Positions 10,205-19,285 of a stretch of 64,000 bases of DNA are shown here, one piece after another; positions within the stretch are counted from its first letter, which is position 1; each line of letters starts with the position of its first letter. Position numbers and translations under genes: made by a program. A model generated the notes under the pieces. The model did no database searches. It saw nothing but the letters and a program-made list of their open reading frames with translations, and had not been told where the DNA came from. This stretch comes from Candidatus Giovannonibacteria bacterium RIFOXYD1_FULL_48_21 (GTDB lineage Bacteria > Patescibacteriota > Minisyncoccia > JACPKW01 > UBA11713): positions 3,067-67,066 of the forward strand of contig MFIU01000004.1 of NCBI GenBank assembly GCA_001778985.1. Direction: 5' to 3'.

Positions 10205-11374
10205 TCACCCTACGTTCGAGAGGAGTGTGGATAAAATTTGGGCGCTTTTTCTAATCTTTCTTTGCATAGTTTTATAATCGACCTCGACCAATCCAAATCT
10301 TGGCCAGAAGCCCTTGTCCCATTCGAAGTTATCCAGCAAAGACCAGTAGAAATACCCCCGCACATCTACGCCTTCCCCGATTGCTTTTGCGACCCATTCC
10401 AAGTGTTCTTTGATGAATTTTTCTCTATGAATATCCCTTGCGTCCGCCACGCCGTTTTCAGTTATATAAATTGGTTTATTATATTTTTTTAATTCTTTCA
10501 AAACCTGATAAACCCCCTCCGGATAAATTTCCCAGCCCATGTCAGATACTTCTTTATTTTTATTTTGGTTAAACCTAAATCCATAAGTTTGATTATGGAA
10601 ATAATAGTTAAGACCAATAAAATCTTGGTAATCCTTAATTTTGTTCAAAAACCAATTATTCCAGAAATGATTTAAAGCTGGCGTAAGCCATCCCTCAAAA
10701 TAAGAATTATTTTTAGCAATGCCGATTTGTGCGCTGTTATTTATATCGCGAATAACTTTGTGCGCCACCTTATGCACTTTCACCAAATTTTTATAAACTT
10801 TTAAAAACTTCCAAAACGATTTTTTCTGCGGTGGCCATTCCCCGTGTAAATAACTATTCATTGTGTAAATCTCCGGCTCGTTTAAAGTAACCCAAAATTT
10901 TACCTCTGGAAAATTCTTTGCCATTTTTTCAGAAAATATTGCAAAGTATTTTGGAAATTCTTTTGAAGTTACTCCTCCTTTGTCTCGCATCCAAATTGGG
11001 ATCGTCCAATGCCAGAGAGTCACAAATGGTTCCAATCCTCTCTCACGGAGGGCTTTAATTACTTCCCGGTAGTGTTCGATTTCTTTTTCATTGAATTTAC
11101 CTCCTTCGGGTTCAATGCGCGACCATTCGATGGAAAAGCGGTGAGCATTGTGTCCCAAAGATTTAGCGATATCGAAATCTTCTCTGAAGCGGTTATAGTG
11201 ATCGCAGGCTTTGCCGGAAATATAATTTTCCGGCGGATACTTTCCCCCGCTTTCTTTTGAAAGTCTCTCGGCGTTAGTTTTTTCCCATTCTGACCAGTCG
11301 TTTTTATTATTCCCCTCAACTTGATGAGCCGAGGTTGCCGCTCCCCAGAGAAAATCTTTTGGAAAGTTAAACAT
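10205..11374 (-). CDS. glycoside hydrolase family 1 beta-glucosidase-like
   Basis: N-terminal FLWGAATSAHQVEG, the acid/base TLNEP and the nucleophile ITENG motifs of GH1. Confidence 0.8.
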   Translation of the reverse strand: MFNFPKDFLWGAATSAHQVEGNNKNDWSEWEKTNAERLSKESGGKYPPENYISGKACDHYNRFREDFDIAKSLGHNAHRFSIEWSRIEPEGGKFNEKEIEHYREVIKALRERGLEPFVTLWHWTIPIWMRDKGGVTSKEFPKYFAIFSEKMAKNFPEVKFWVTLNEPEIYTMNSYLHGEWPPQKKSFWKFLKVYKNLVKVHKVAHKVIRDINNSAQIGIAKNNSYFEGWLTPALNHFWNNWFLNKIKDYQDFIGLNYYFHNQTYGFRFNQNKNKEVSDMGWEIYPEGVYQVLKELKKYNKPIYITENGVADARDIHREKFIKEHLEWVAKAIGEGVDVRGYFYWSLLDNFEWDKGFWPRFGLVEVDYKTMQRKIRKSAQILSTLLSNVG

Positions 11375-12002
11375 AGGTTTTGATTTTTAATTCTTCTCTA
11401 AGTTTCTCAAAAAATCCTCTCTTCCCGAGCACGCCTCCGCCCAGAACAACAGCCTCGGGCTTATATTTTTTTATTAAAACCGAGAATTTCTCGCCCAGAA
11501 ACATTGCAAGCTTTTCATAATCTTTTCTGTCACGGATTTTCTGATATTCGCGTTCCCATTTTTCTGGATATTCGAAATTCTTGATTTTTTTCACCCTTCC
11601 TTTTTCTGCATAGGCGCGCCCAATCCCGGTGCCGATAGTAAACGTCAAAATTCTCTTAGCTCTTACTTTTTTAGCCCTTTCCCGCAAAAAGACGCGGGCG
11701 TCATTGTCCACGCGCAAAACTGCTTTTGGGAATATTTTCTGGAAATCAAAATTCTTAAGATAGAGAATATTGGGGCTGAAAACTACTCTGGTCCCAGAGA
11801 TAACTCCGGCAACGCCGATTTCGATTCTTTTTGCATCTGAAAATTTTTTAAGAAGAGAAACGAAAGATTTTCTATTTTTTGGAGTCCGAAATTCCTTCCG
11901 CCCCGTCCGGATTTTTGATCCGCCTATGTCTAGAGTTAAAACAATTTTTTCGCTTCGTTCCATATTTCGGGATGACCGTTTATTTTGAGCCAATACCACC
12001 AT
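11367..12002 (-). CDS. ROK/glucokinase-like sugar kinase (short)
   Basis: LDIGGSKIR phosphate-1 motif of ASKHA sugar kinases and a C-terminal AVVLGGGV motif. Start uncertain (12002 or 11963). Confidence 0.5.
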   Translation of the reverse strand: MVVLAQNKRSSRNMERSEKIVLTLDIGGSKIRTGRKEFRTPKNRKSFVSLLKKFSDAKRIEIGVAGVISGTRVVFSPNILYLKNFDFQKIFPKAVLRVDNDARVFLRERAKKVRAKRILTFTIGTGIGRAYAEKGRVKKIKNFEYPEKWEREYQKIRDRKDYEKLAMFLGEKFSVLIKKYKPEAVVLGGGVLGKRGFFEKLREELKIKTYV

Positions 12003-12952
12003 TCTACGCCCCAAAGATAAAATTCATCAAAACCGGTTCTCTTGGCGTATTCAATGTGCTCGCGGAAAGTTTCGATATTAAAATGAGAAAGCTGTTCCTC
12101 AATTGTAAAAAGCTCATATTCATAATTTTCATAGGGGCCCCAAGGCTCGGCTTGAAGTTCGGAAACTAACATCGGTTTATTGCCTACAAAAAATTCTATG
12201 AGGGCTCGTTTAACTCTGAAAAAAGCTGGCGGCAAGGGATAGGTGAAGTAGCCTAAATTCTCGTTCCAGACGGTGCGGTATATCGTGGTCCCGAAGATAT
12301 CGGCACGCTTGACGGCCTTTACCCAAAAGGAAAGCTCGCCGGAATCCGTGATAATTATAGGATGTTCTGGATCAATTTTTCTCACGAGCGAAATTTCTTT
12401 GTCCAAAAATTCCCCTCCTAAAAGCTGGCAATTTTCCCCGAAAGGCAAAAAAGGTTCATTCTCAACTTGCCAAGCGTAAAGCGCTGGATGTTCTCGGTAT
12501 TTTTTAACCACTACTTCTGAAAATTCCAAGAGCTCTTTTTTCTCATATCCCTCATCTTTTTTATCTAAAATCCATCCCGGCTGGTGGCACTCCGGCCAGC
12601 GCGGGAGCTTCCGCCCTATCGCTAAAATCACTTCCGCCCCGCGCTTTTCCGCCTCCTCGAGTTGCCAGTCTATCTCTTTGAAATCATAAGAATCGTCTAT
12701 TGCTTCGGTTTTGTTCCAATAAATCGGCAGGCGAATCCTTTTAACTTTAAGGTCGTCGAGAATGGCCAGGAAAACTTCGCGCTTATCCATTCCGTACTTG
12801 TCCGAAATCCAATCAATATAAGTTACACCGAAAGCTCTCGTTTCCTTGACGGGGATGGACAACAAGGCCCAGGAAATTACAAACAAGCCAACCACGAGAA
12901 TTAAAAGAAAAATTCCGAAAGAAGCCAAAAGAAATTTTTTAAACTTGAGCAT
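11936..12952 (-). CDS. membrane-anchored TIM-barrel glycoside hydrolase (GH5-like)
   Basis: N-terminal TM anchor. WQVENEP (NEP acid/base-type) and VSELQAEPWG (candidate nucleophile) spacing is typical of clan GH-A enzymes. Confidence 0.5.
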   Translation of the reverse strand: MLKFKKFLLASFGIFLLILVVGLFVISWALLSIPVKETRAFGVTYIDWISDKYGMDKREVFLAILDDLKVKRIRLPIYWNKTEAIDDSYDFKEIDWQLEEAEKRGAEVILAIGRKLPRWPECHQPGWILDKKDEGYEKKELLEFSEVVVKKYREHPALYAWQVENEPFLPFGENCQLLGGEFLDKEISLVRKIDPEHPIIITDSGELSFWVKAVKRADIFGTTIYRTVWNENLGYFTYPLPPAFFRVKRALIEFFVGNKPMLVSELQAEPWGPYENYEYELFTIEEQLSHFNIETFREHIEYAKRTGFDEFYLWGVEWWYWLKINGHPEIWNEAKKLF

Positions 12953-13856
12953 TGCCGAAAATGGTTAATAGATAAACGCCGAGAGAAACCAAAATCATTC
13001 CGAAAACTTTCTGCAAAACCGCTTTCCTTTGAAAATTCTCTTTAATAACTCCCGGCAGGAAAAAATATAACATTACGGCGAGTATAAACAGAAAGGCATA
13101 TTGCAATCCTTGAAGCGCGTTGACCAAGGTCGCGGGGCCGCGCGATAGCGCGAATGAAATAAAAAGCACGCCCAAGGCACCAAAAATTTTGTTTAAAAGC
13201 ACTCCCGCAGAAGCTTTGGGACGCTTCATAACTTTCAATGAGGAAAGAATAGACTTTCTCGTCGGGGCGAAAAACAAAAGAGAAAGCCCTCCCAAAAACA
13301 TTCCGACCCTTGTCCAGATTAAGACGTTAAAGAAATTTTCCCGCAGAAAGAGTGCCCTCATCAAAAAAGCAGAGAGCGCGAAGAGAATCGCGGCCGCCAG
13401 AGAATAAAGGATAAAAATTCTGTATCCGGTTTTTTCCTTTCTTTCAAAATCGAACGACAGAATAACACTTCCGGAGACTAAAAGCAGTGCCGCAAAAATT
13501 TCGTTTCGCCCGAAAACGGTTTTCAGGCCGTAACTTTCAAGTATAAAAAGAAGTAGAGGCGTTAAGCTTAGAATAATGGGTTGAACCCGTGAAGCATCCG
13601 CCAGCCGCAGGGCATGGAAAAAGAAAAAAAGAGCATACAGGAAGAATCCGCCCGAGAGAAAACTTAAAAAAGCTTCTCCAAAAGGGAGCAGGGAAAACCC
13701 GAACGGAGCAAAAATGAAAACCCCCAAACTTAAAATCCCCTGCCAGAAAGCGTAGCTGGCGGGCCTCGTCAGAATTTTTCTCAAAATGAGTTTATCACCG
13801 AGAACCGAAACTGCATTCAAAAAATATCCAAGCCCCGCAAAGAAAACCCATGACAT
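12939..13856 (-). CDS. polytopic membrane protein (DMT/EamA-like transporter fold suspected)
   Basis: About 10 predicted TM helices. No soluble domain. Weak family call. Confidence 0.4.
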   Translation of the reverse strand: MSWVFFAGLGYFLNAVSVLGDKLILRKILTRPASYAFWQGILSLGVFIFAPFGFSLLPFGEAFLSFLSGGFFLYALFFFFHALRLADASRVQPIILSLTPLLLFILESYGLKTVFGRNEIFAALLLVSGSVILSFDFERKEKTGYRIFILYSLAAAILFALSAFLMRALFLRENFFNVLIWTRVGMFLGGLSLLFFAPTRKSILSSLKVMKRPKASAGVLLNKIFGALGVLFISFALSRGPATLVNALQGLQYAFLFILAVMLYFFLPGVIKENFQRKAVLQKVFGMILVSLGVYLLTIFGNAQV

Positions 13857-13932
13857 GGTGGGCGCGCCCCGATTCGAACGGGGGACCTTTCCGATGTGAA
13901 CGGAACGCTCTAACCAGCTGAGCTACGCGCCC
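13855..13932 (-). tRNA. tRNA-Val (anticodon CAC)
   Basis: GGGCGCGUAGCUCAGCUGGUUAGAGCGUUCCGUUCACAUCGGAAAGGUCCCCCGUUCGAAUCGGGGCGCGCCCACCA folds as a cloverleaf. Anticodon loop UUCACAU. Confidence 0.85.
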
Positions 13933-14021
13933 CGTATAGAAAATTAAACAAACATTTTTATACGGCTGAAGTGTTTAATCTATAAAATAACAACCAAAAT
14001 CTCATAAAACAAGACGCAAAA

Positions 14022-14045
14022 ATTTTCTAACGGGGCGCGCCCTGA
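14022..14045 (-). promoter_or_regulatory. single CCCCGTTAGAAAAT half-motif about 90 nt upstream of tRNA-Val
   Basis: Minus strand reads CAGGGCGCGCCCCGTTAGAAAATTTTTGCGTC. Overlaps the stop of the 14027..14620 gene. Confidence 0.4.
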
Positions 14046-14620
14046 TTATTAATCAAAATGTCGTGCTCGGATTCGAGGATGTCCAAGATAAACCGGTCGT
14101 ACATGCCCTGACGGTATTTGAATTCTTTGGTGTCGAAAAGAGCGTAATTCAACTCTTTGCCGAGTTCGGCTTCAATCTTGCCCAAAATTTTTTCAACCTT
14201 GGAACGCTTGATATTGTCTCCCACCATCAAGATATCAATATGTCCAGGGGTCGCTCGATCTATGAAAACACCGGAGAGAAGAACCAAGCGCAATCCTTTG
14301 CCTAAGCGCTTGAAACGCCGAGCTATAATTTCTCTCGAGATCGAAGCCGCCTCCACGACGAGGGCGCGAAATTGTCTCGCGAAAGGAAAAAACGGATTCA
14401 AAACAAAACCGGGTTCACGTTTTTTCTCTATTTTCTTGATTCCCTTTTTGATAAACCCCGCGGAATTCAGAAATTTTAACTCGCGCCTGATCTTTGGCCG
14501 GCTCACGCGGAGCGATTTCGCGGCCTCCCGAAGCGTAAAAACCTGTTCTGGGTTTGCGAGAAAAAGCCGCATCGTCTTAACGCGCGCCTCTCCGCCCAAA
14601 AGCTTATTTAATGCCTCCAC
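14027..14620 (-). CDS. winged-HTH domain protein of unknown function
   Basis: N-terminal LREAAKSLRVSRPKIRRELKFLNSAGFI resembles an ArsR/MarR-like wHTH. C-terminal 110 aa uncharacterised. Directly upstream of rplJ-rplL. Confidence 0.45.
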   Translation of the reverse strand: MEALNKLLGGEARVKTMRLFLANPEQVFTLREAAKSLRVSRPKIRRELKFLNSAGFIKKGIKKIEKKREPGFVLNPFFPFARQFRALVVEAASISREIIARRFKRLGKGLRLVLLSGVFIDRATPGHIDILMVGDNIKRSKVEKILGKIEAELGKELNYALFDTKEFKYRQGMYDRFILDILESEHDILINNQGAPR

Positions 14621-14991
14621 TATTTCAATTCTACCACGGCGCCCGCGGCTTCAAGTTTTTTCTTCAATTCCTCTGCCGCGGCCTTATCAAGCCCCTCTTT
14701 CACCACCTTCGGAGCCGCGTCCGTGATGCCCTTGGCATCAGCCAAGCCCAAACCCAAAGCCTCGCGCAGAACTTTAATCACTTGAATCTTCTGCCCGCCG
14801 GCATTTTTCAATTCTACATTAAAAGTGGTCTTTTCTTCTTCCGCTCCGACGCCCTCCGGGGTCGGAGCCCCGACTGCAAACGTCGGGGCCGCCGAAACGC
14901 CGAACTTCTCCTCAATCTTTTTGACGAGGTCTGAAAGTTCAAGCGCCGTGAACTTGGAAACCTCCTCCACGATTTTGCCTAAATCGGCCAT
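14620..14991 (-). CDS. rplL: 50S ribosomal protein bL12 (L7/L12)
   Basis: MADLGKIVEEVSKFTALELSDLVKKIEEKFGV...Ala/Glu-rich hinge...KIQVIKVLREALGLGLADAKG. Confidence 0.9.
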   Translation of the reverse strand: MADLGKIVEEVSKFTALELSDLVKKIEEKFGVSAAPTFAVGAPTPEGVGAEEEKTTFNVELKNAGGQKIQVIKVLREALGLGLADAKGITDAAPKVVKEGLDKAAAEELKKKLEAAGAVVELK

Positions 14992-15011
14992 AAACTTTTT
15001 ACTTTTAATTC

Positions 15012-15524
15012 TTAACTTCTAATTTTCTTCTCGACCTCTTTAAATACGCGAGCTAAACTCGCCATTGGCTGTGACAATATAAACGCAAGCTGGGTGAGTA
15101 AAACTTCCCGCGGCGGAATCGCGGCTAGGCGCCCAATCACGTCGCCATCCACAAATTTTGATTCGTAAATTCCGCCGATGATTTTTAACCCCCGCCGGTC
15201 GGCAGACAAACCTCTAAATTCCGTTTTTATGAATTTTGAAATCAGCGCCGGTGGTTCGGTGGCTTCGCCGTATCCCGCCGCGATTCCTATCTCGCCTTCC
15301 AATTTAGGCGCGTCCGTCAGGCCCATGGCTCCAAGCGCGCGCTTCAAAAGCGTCTTCTTCGCGACTTTATACTTGACCTCTGATTTTCTAAACTCTCCCC
15401 GAAGTTTCCTTTCTTTCGCCACCGAAAGCCCGTGAAAGTTCACGAACACCAAAATACTCGCTTTCTCAAAAAGCTTTTTCAATTCCTGAACGATGGATTC
15501 TTTTTGTTTTTTAGTTGTAGACAT
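15012..15524 (-). CDS. rplJ: 50S ribosomal protein uL10
   Basis: MSTTKKQKESIVQELKKLFEKASILVFVNFHGLSVAKERKLR... is typical uL10. Start set to MSTTKK. The upstream 105-nt UTR (15552..15656) could be an L10 leader. Confidence 0.85.
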   Translation of the reverse strand: MSTTKKQKESIVQELKKLFEKASILVFVNFHGLSVAKERKLRGEFRKSEVKYKVAKKTLLKRALGAMGLTDAPKLEGEIGIAAGYGEATEPPALISKFIKTEFRGLSADRRGLKIIGGIYESKFVDGDVIGRLAAIPPREVLLTQLAFILSQPMASLARVFKEVEKKIRS

Positions 15525-15656
15525 AAGAAAATTGCAGCATAAAAGCCGCAATCACGCCTTGGCAGGACTTATAGTATTCGCGCCTGCGTTCTACGGCTTG
15601 ACCAAAGCATAGCAAGGTGCTATGCTCATGTCAAATTTAATCGAGGAGGAAGAGTT

Positions 15657-16007
15657 ATGGACGTTAAAAACTATCTGGTGCTTCTAGCAGCCATAGCGAT
15701 TAAAATTGACAAAAAAGAAAGGGTGGGCGAGCGCGCTCTGGATGACATACTGAAGTACCTGGCCGAGGAGCTTGAAGGGGATAATCCCTTCAGCGGCCCA
15801 CAAGATCTAAGAGCGACTGCTTTCGAAATGGTGGAGAAGGGAATATTAGATTTCGAGAAAGGTTTTTTATCCCTTTCCTATACGGGATATCGCATAATAC
15901 AGGATGGCAGGCTCCTCCGATTTCTCCGCAAAGAGGTCCCGCAAAAGGTTCGCGAAGGGATGGAAAAAAAGAATCCATTCCTGCGGGCCAAAGACTCACA
16001 ATCTTAG
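15657..16007 (+). CDS. hypothetical protein
   Basis: 116-aa ORF with RBS GAGGAGGAAG upstream. No family recognised. Confidence 0.4.
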   Translation: MDVKNYLVLLAAIAIKIDKKERVGERALDDILKYLAEELEGDNPFSGPQDLRATAFEMVEKGILDFEKGFLSLSYTGYRIIQDGRLLRFLRKEVPQKVREGMEKKNPFLRAKDSQS

Positions 16008-16091
16008 GGCCAATCGAATTCGAAAAAGGCGGGAGCTAACCACTCTCGCCTTTCGTTTTTTATAAAAAGATTTATCAAGGGGGATAGCTAA

Positions 16092-16113
16092 GTGATACGA
16101 TATATCGTATCAC
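16092..16113. promoter_or_regulatory. perfect 22-bp palindrome GTGATACGATATATCGTATCAC (copy 1, downstream of TrpR-like gene)
   Basis: Exact inverted repeat. The core GATACGATATATCGTATC is repeated at 16582..16599. Confidence 0.6.
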
Positions 16114-16143
16114 TTGTTTCTTCCCAATCCTGAATTCTTATGA

Positions 16144-16563
16144 TTATTTATTATCACCAAGTATTTTATAAACATTCGCCCATCTACCGCGCCCGCGCGG
16201 AGGCATCCCCGCCCGCAATAGAATCTCCAATTCATCCCAAAATTTCTTTCTTTCTTGTTTTTTTCTCGATAACTTAGAGACGAATTGAAAATCTTTTATT
16301 TTAGTTAATTTCCAAAATCGTGAAACTGTTGACGGACTTAACTTAAGAGTTCTAATAACTATTCGAAACGGAATTCCTTTTTTCAGCATCAGGATTGCGG
16401 CCATACGCTTGGCAAGCATAATCCGCTCCGTAGGCGTTAAAAGTTCGTTCAAAAAGCCCCTTATTTCTGAAGAATTTTTTAAACTAGCGATATTCTCAAT
16501 AAATTCATTACTCATTCGCTTGAAAATATCTTTTTTTACTCTTTTTCGTGATACGTGCGGCAT
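16144..16563 (-). CDS. TrpR-like YerC/YecD family DNA-binding protein
   Basis: LTPTERIMLAKRMAAILMLKKGIPFRIVIRTLKLSPSTVSRF matches the TrpR_YerC/YecD HTH architecture. Confidence 0.6.
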   Translation of the reverse strand: MPHVSRKRVKKDIFKRMSNEFIENIASLKNSSEIRGFLNELLTPTERIMLAKRMAAILMLKKGIPFRIVIRTLKLSPSTVSRFWKLTKIKDFQFVSKLSRKKQERKKFWDELEILLRAGMPPRGRGRWANVYKILGDNK

Positions 16564-16581
16564 AAAATAAAATAGTCAATC

Positions 16582-16601
16582 GATACGATATATCGTATCA
16601 C
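16582..16601. promoter_or_regulatory. palindrome CGATACGATATATCGTATCA (copy 2, in promoter region of TrpR-like gene)
   Basis: Same 18-bp palindromic core as 16092..16113, about 20 nt upstream of the start codon on the minus strand. Confidence 0.6.
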
Positions 16602-16633
16602 GTAACTTCTTGTGCTGTGCAATTGAAATTAAA

Positions 16634-17290
16634 TTATGAAACTAAAAACGCAGAGGCGATGACCGCCGCAGTTTCCGCCCGCAGGTTCAGCCGTCCGAGC
16701 GAAACGGCTTTAAAACCGCACTCTTTGGCTTCGCCAACCTCTTCTTCGGTCCAGCCCCCTTCGGGGCCCACGAAAAGCGCCGTCCTCGCTTCTTTCAACG
16801 ATTCCAAAATATGTTTTTTGGAATTCGGGTCGGTAATAATTCCAAAGAGGCGCTCTTTTTGCACGAACTCTAATGCTTTTTCAAAATCTATCGTCTCATG
16901 AATTTTAGGCAACACTGCGCGACCGGACTGCTCGGCGGCTTCTTTGATTATTTTCTCGGCTCGTTTCTGATTGAAATCTTTTTTAATCGAGCGCGCCGAA
17001 AGAACCGGAATGAATTCAAAGACGCCAACCTCGGTTCCTTTTTGAAAAATCCATTCCATCTTATCTTTCTTAAGAAGTGATTGGAATAAAAATATTTTAC
17101 GTTCGGGCTCGCGCCGGTTCAGAACTTTCTCGACTATCTTCGCCTCCTCTCCCGTAAATTCGGAGATAAAATCATATCCCGAGCCGTCAAAGAGAATGAT
17201 TTTCTCGCCTTGTTTCAGTTGAAGAACATTTTTCAGCTGATGCAAAATGTCGCGGCCTATCTCCAGTTTTTCCGAGAAAAAGCGATGCAT
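16634..17290 (-). CDS. rsmE: 16S rRNA (uracil1498-N3)-methyltransferase RsmE
   Basis: PUA-like N-terminus. C-terminal FVGPEGGWTEEE and LRAETAAV motifs of RsmE. Confidence 0.8.
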   Translation of the reverse strand: MHRFFSEKLEIGRDILHQLKNVLQLKQGEKIILFDGSGYDFISEFTGEEAKIVEKVLNRREPERKIFLFQSLLKKDKMEWIFQKGTEVGVFEFIPVLSARSIKKDFNQKRAEKIIKEAAEQSGRAVLPKIHETIDFEKALEFVQKERLFGIITDPNSKKHILESLKEARTALFVGPEGGWTEEEVGEAKECGFKAVSLGRLNLRAETAAVIASAFLVS

Positions 17291-17958
17291 TATTTTGAGT
17301 CGACAACAACAACAAATTCCCCTCTTTCGCGCTCGCCCTTGAAATGCGATATCGCCTCCGAGAGTTTCCCGCGAAAAACCTCTTCATGAATTTTGGTAAG
17401 CTCCCGGCCGACGTTTAAGTAGCGCTCTCCCGCCGCCTGATAGATTTCCGAGAGAGTTTTCAAAATCCGGTGCGGAGACTCGAAAAGAATTATAGGCGTT
17501 TTGCTTTTCGAAACCATCTCAAAAAATTTTCGGCGGCCTTTTTTTGCCGGCGGGAATCCTAGAAATAAAAATTTCGAAAGATTTATATCGCTGGCAGAAG
17601 CAATGGCGGAGAGGGCCGAGGCGCCCGGCACCGGGATTACCGTAAAACCTTTTGCGGACAAATCTTTCACCAGCTTCCGGCCTGGATCAGAAATCGCGGG
17701 CGTCCCGGCGTCCGTGACTAGGGCAATTTGCCTGAAATTTGAGAAATCCCTCGAGGAAACGTATCTAAAAATCGGTTTCCTGATATTATAATGGCTTAAA
17801 AGTTTTCTCGTGACCCGCGTATCCTCCGCCAAAATCACGTCAACTTCTTTCAAAATCTCCAGCGCCCGCAGAGTTATATCTTTCAAATTCCCAATGGGAG
17901 TGGCGACAATATAGAGATTTCTCATAAACGGGTTATACCATATAGAAAAGAACTCCAC
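17290..17958 (-). CDS. rsmI: 16S rRNA (cytidine1402-2'-O)-methyltransferase RsmI
   Basis: LYIVATPIGNLKDITLRALEILKEVDVILAEDTR is the tetrapyrrole-methylase-fold RsmI signature. The true start may be the internal MRNLY. Confidence 0.8.
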   Translation of the reverse strand: MEFFSIWYNPFMRNLYIVATPIGNLKDITLRALEILKEVDVILAEDTRVTRKLLSHYNIRKPIFRYVSSRDFSNFRQIALVTDAGTPAISDPGRKLVKDLSAKGFTVIPVPGASALSAIASASDINLSKFLFLGFPPAKKGRRKFFEMVSKSKTPIILFESPHRILKTLSEIYQAAGERYLNVGRELTKIHEEVFRGKLSEAISHFKGERERGEFVVVVDSK

Positions 17959-17961
17959 ACG

Positions 17962-18300
17962 TGGGCGGAGTTCTGGTTCTAATCGGGACGACTGATGGGG
18001 CTCTGCGCTCCATCAACCAAGTAATCAGGCGTCCAATCTTCCGGGAGCAAGCCCCCGATTTCAAGTTCGCCAAAAACACCTGGCAACAGCCGCTTTTGAG
18101 CTACCCATCAGTAATCACCGCGGAACGGGTTTCTTGGCCCGCTCCTCCCACGACCGAACTGCTTTTCGGAACGGACAAGCCGAAGCCTGTCGGGTATCCT
18201 ATTGCAGCCCAGCCGCAAGCTCAAAAATTCAAGATCACTTTGTTCAATATTTAATCTACCTCCAATTACAAACTCGCGCAAACCGATTTTCAAAAATTAA
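17962..18300. ncRNA. candidate structured non-coding RNA (identity unresolved)
   Basis: About 340-nt gap between rsmI and truB with visibly higher GC than its flanks and only implausible ORFs. The 5' end resembles a tmRNA head (GGGCGGAGUUCUGGUUCUAAUCGGGAC), but no matching 3' tRNA-like end was found. Confidence 0.35.
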
Positions 18301-18355
18301 CGCTAAAAAACCTTTATTTTAACGTGATTTTTCCAGAGGTTATAAACAATTTATT

Positions 18356-18421
18356 CACCCCGTTAGAAATTTTCGCAAAAAACGTCCAAAACGCCGCACC
18401 ACACCCATTTCTAGCGGGGTT
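18356..18421. promoter_or_regulatory. inverted pair of CCCCGTTAGAAAT motifs (CACCCCGTTAGAAAT ... ATTTCTAGCGGGGTTAAC)
   Basis: Half-sites at 18356-18370 and 18407-18424. The second overlaps the truB stop. Confidence 0.5.
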
Positions 18422-19088
18422 AACTTTTAAGAAATCCCACCCAATTTTTGGAAGTAAATTTTGACAGCTCTGCCGCGTCTTTGATGTGATAAGGCCCGAT
18501 TGAAACTCTCCTAAGGCCTATGACTATGGCGCCCGTGCCCAAAGAATCTCCTAGGTCGCGCACGATGGAACGGATATAAGTTCCGGAGGAACAAGCAATA
18601 TCAAGGGTCAAAAGCGGAAATTTGTACCAGACTGTTTCCAATTTTGAAATAGTGACCTGGCGAGCCTCCAACTCCACCCTCTTTCCTTCCCGCGCTTCCT
18701 CATAAGCTTTCCGGCCTCGGACTTTCACGGCCGAGAACTGCGGCGGGACCTGTTTAATTTTTCCGCGAAATTTTTCCAAAGCACCCTCAATATCCTCCCG
18801 GAGCGGAATCGCGAATTCTTTTTTTAAAGTTATCTCCCCCTCCACGTCATGGCTGTCGGATTCCAATCCCAGGCGCAACGTGGCGCGATATTCCTTGGAG
18901 AGTTTCATAAAGTCCTGCGATTTTTTCGTAAAACCGCCGACCAATAAAATCAAAAGGCCCTCGGCCAAAGGGTCGAGGGTGCCGGCGTGCCCAATTTCGC
19001 GGATTTTGGTCAAGAGCCTTAACTCTTCGACGACGTCGTGGGAGGTCGGTCCGGGTGGCTTATTGACGAGAAAAAATCCGTCCGCCAT
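18420..19088 (-). CDS. truB: tRNA pseudouridine(55) synthase TruB
   Basis: FFLVNKPPGPTSHDVV and GHAGTLDPLAEGLLILLVG catalytic-Asp motif. Confidence 0.85.
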   Translation of the reverse strand: MADGFFLVNKPPGPTSHDVVEELRLLTKIREIGHAGTLDPLAEGLLILLVGGFTKKSQDFMKLSKEYRATLRLGLESDSHDVEGEITLKKEFAIPLREDIEGALEKFRGKIKQVPPQFSAVKVRGRKAYEEAREGKRVELEARQVTISKLETVWYKFPLLTLDIACSSGTYIRSIVRDLGDSLGTGAIVIGLRRVSIGPYHIKDAAELSKFTSKNWVGFLKS

Positions 19089-19095
19089 AGGACGG

Positions 19096-19269
19096 TCAGG
19101 TGGGGAGATTAGCTTTCGGAGTCTTAAAACCTATGAAGGCGATTACCAAAGTCGTGGCCATGGCAATCAAAAGAATGTTTTCCACGGAAATGTCTTCGCG
19201 GGCCCAAATCGCAATGGCCGAACCGAGCCAAACTCCGATAATCGACATCGAAACCCAAGGATATTTCAT
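19096..19269 (-). CDS. small membrane protein (57 aa), paralog of 20823..20987
   Basis: Hand-translated as MKYPWVSMSIIGVWLGSAIAIWAREDISVENILLIAMATTLVIAFIGFKTPKANLPT. Two TM helices. Absent from the supplied ORF track (under 60 aa). Confidence 0.55.
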   Translation of the reverse strand: MKYPWVSMSIIGVWLGSAIAIWAREDISVENILLIAMATTLVIAFIGFKTPKANLPT

Positions 19270-19285
19270 AGTTCGATATTATTAA

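Noticed and set aside
14157-14726. 189-aa plus-strand ORF and other antisense ORFs across rplL/rplJ/HTH genes
   Set aside because: Antisense to ribosomal protein genes with unmistakable sequence.
16092-16601. Possibility that the two GATACGATATATCGTATC copies are a minimal CRISPR array or transposon ends
   Set aside because: Only two copies 490 bp apart, each perfectly palindromic, flanking a single regulator gene. No cas genes or transposase. An operator interpretation fits better.
17962-18300. Specific call of tmRNA or RNase P RNA for the rsmI-truB gap
   Set aside because: The tmRNA-like 5' head is present but I could find no tRNA-like T-arm/acceptor 3' end. The RNase P-like segments lack a verifiable P4 pairing. 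Left as an unassigned candidate ncRNA.
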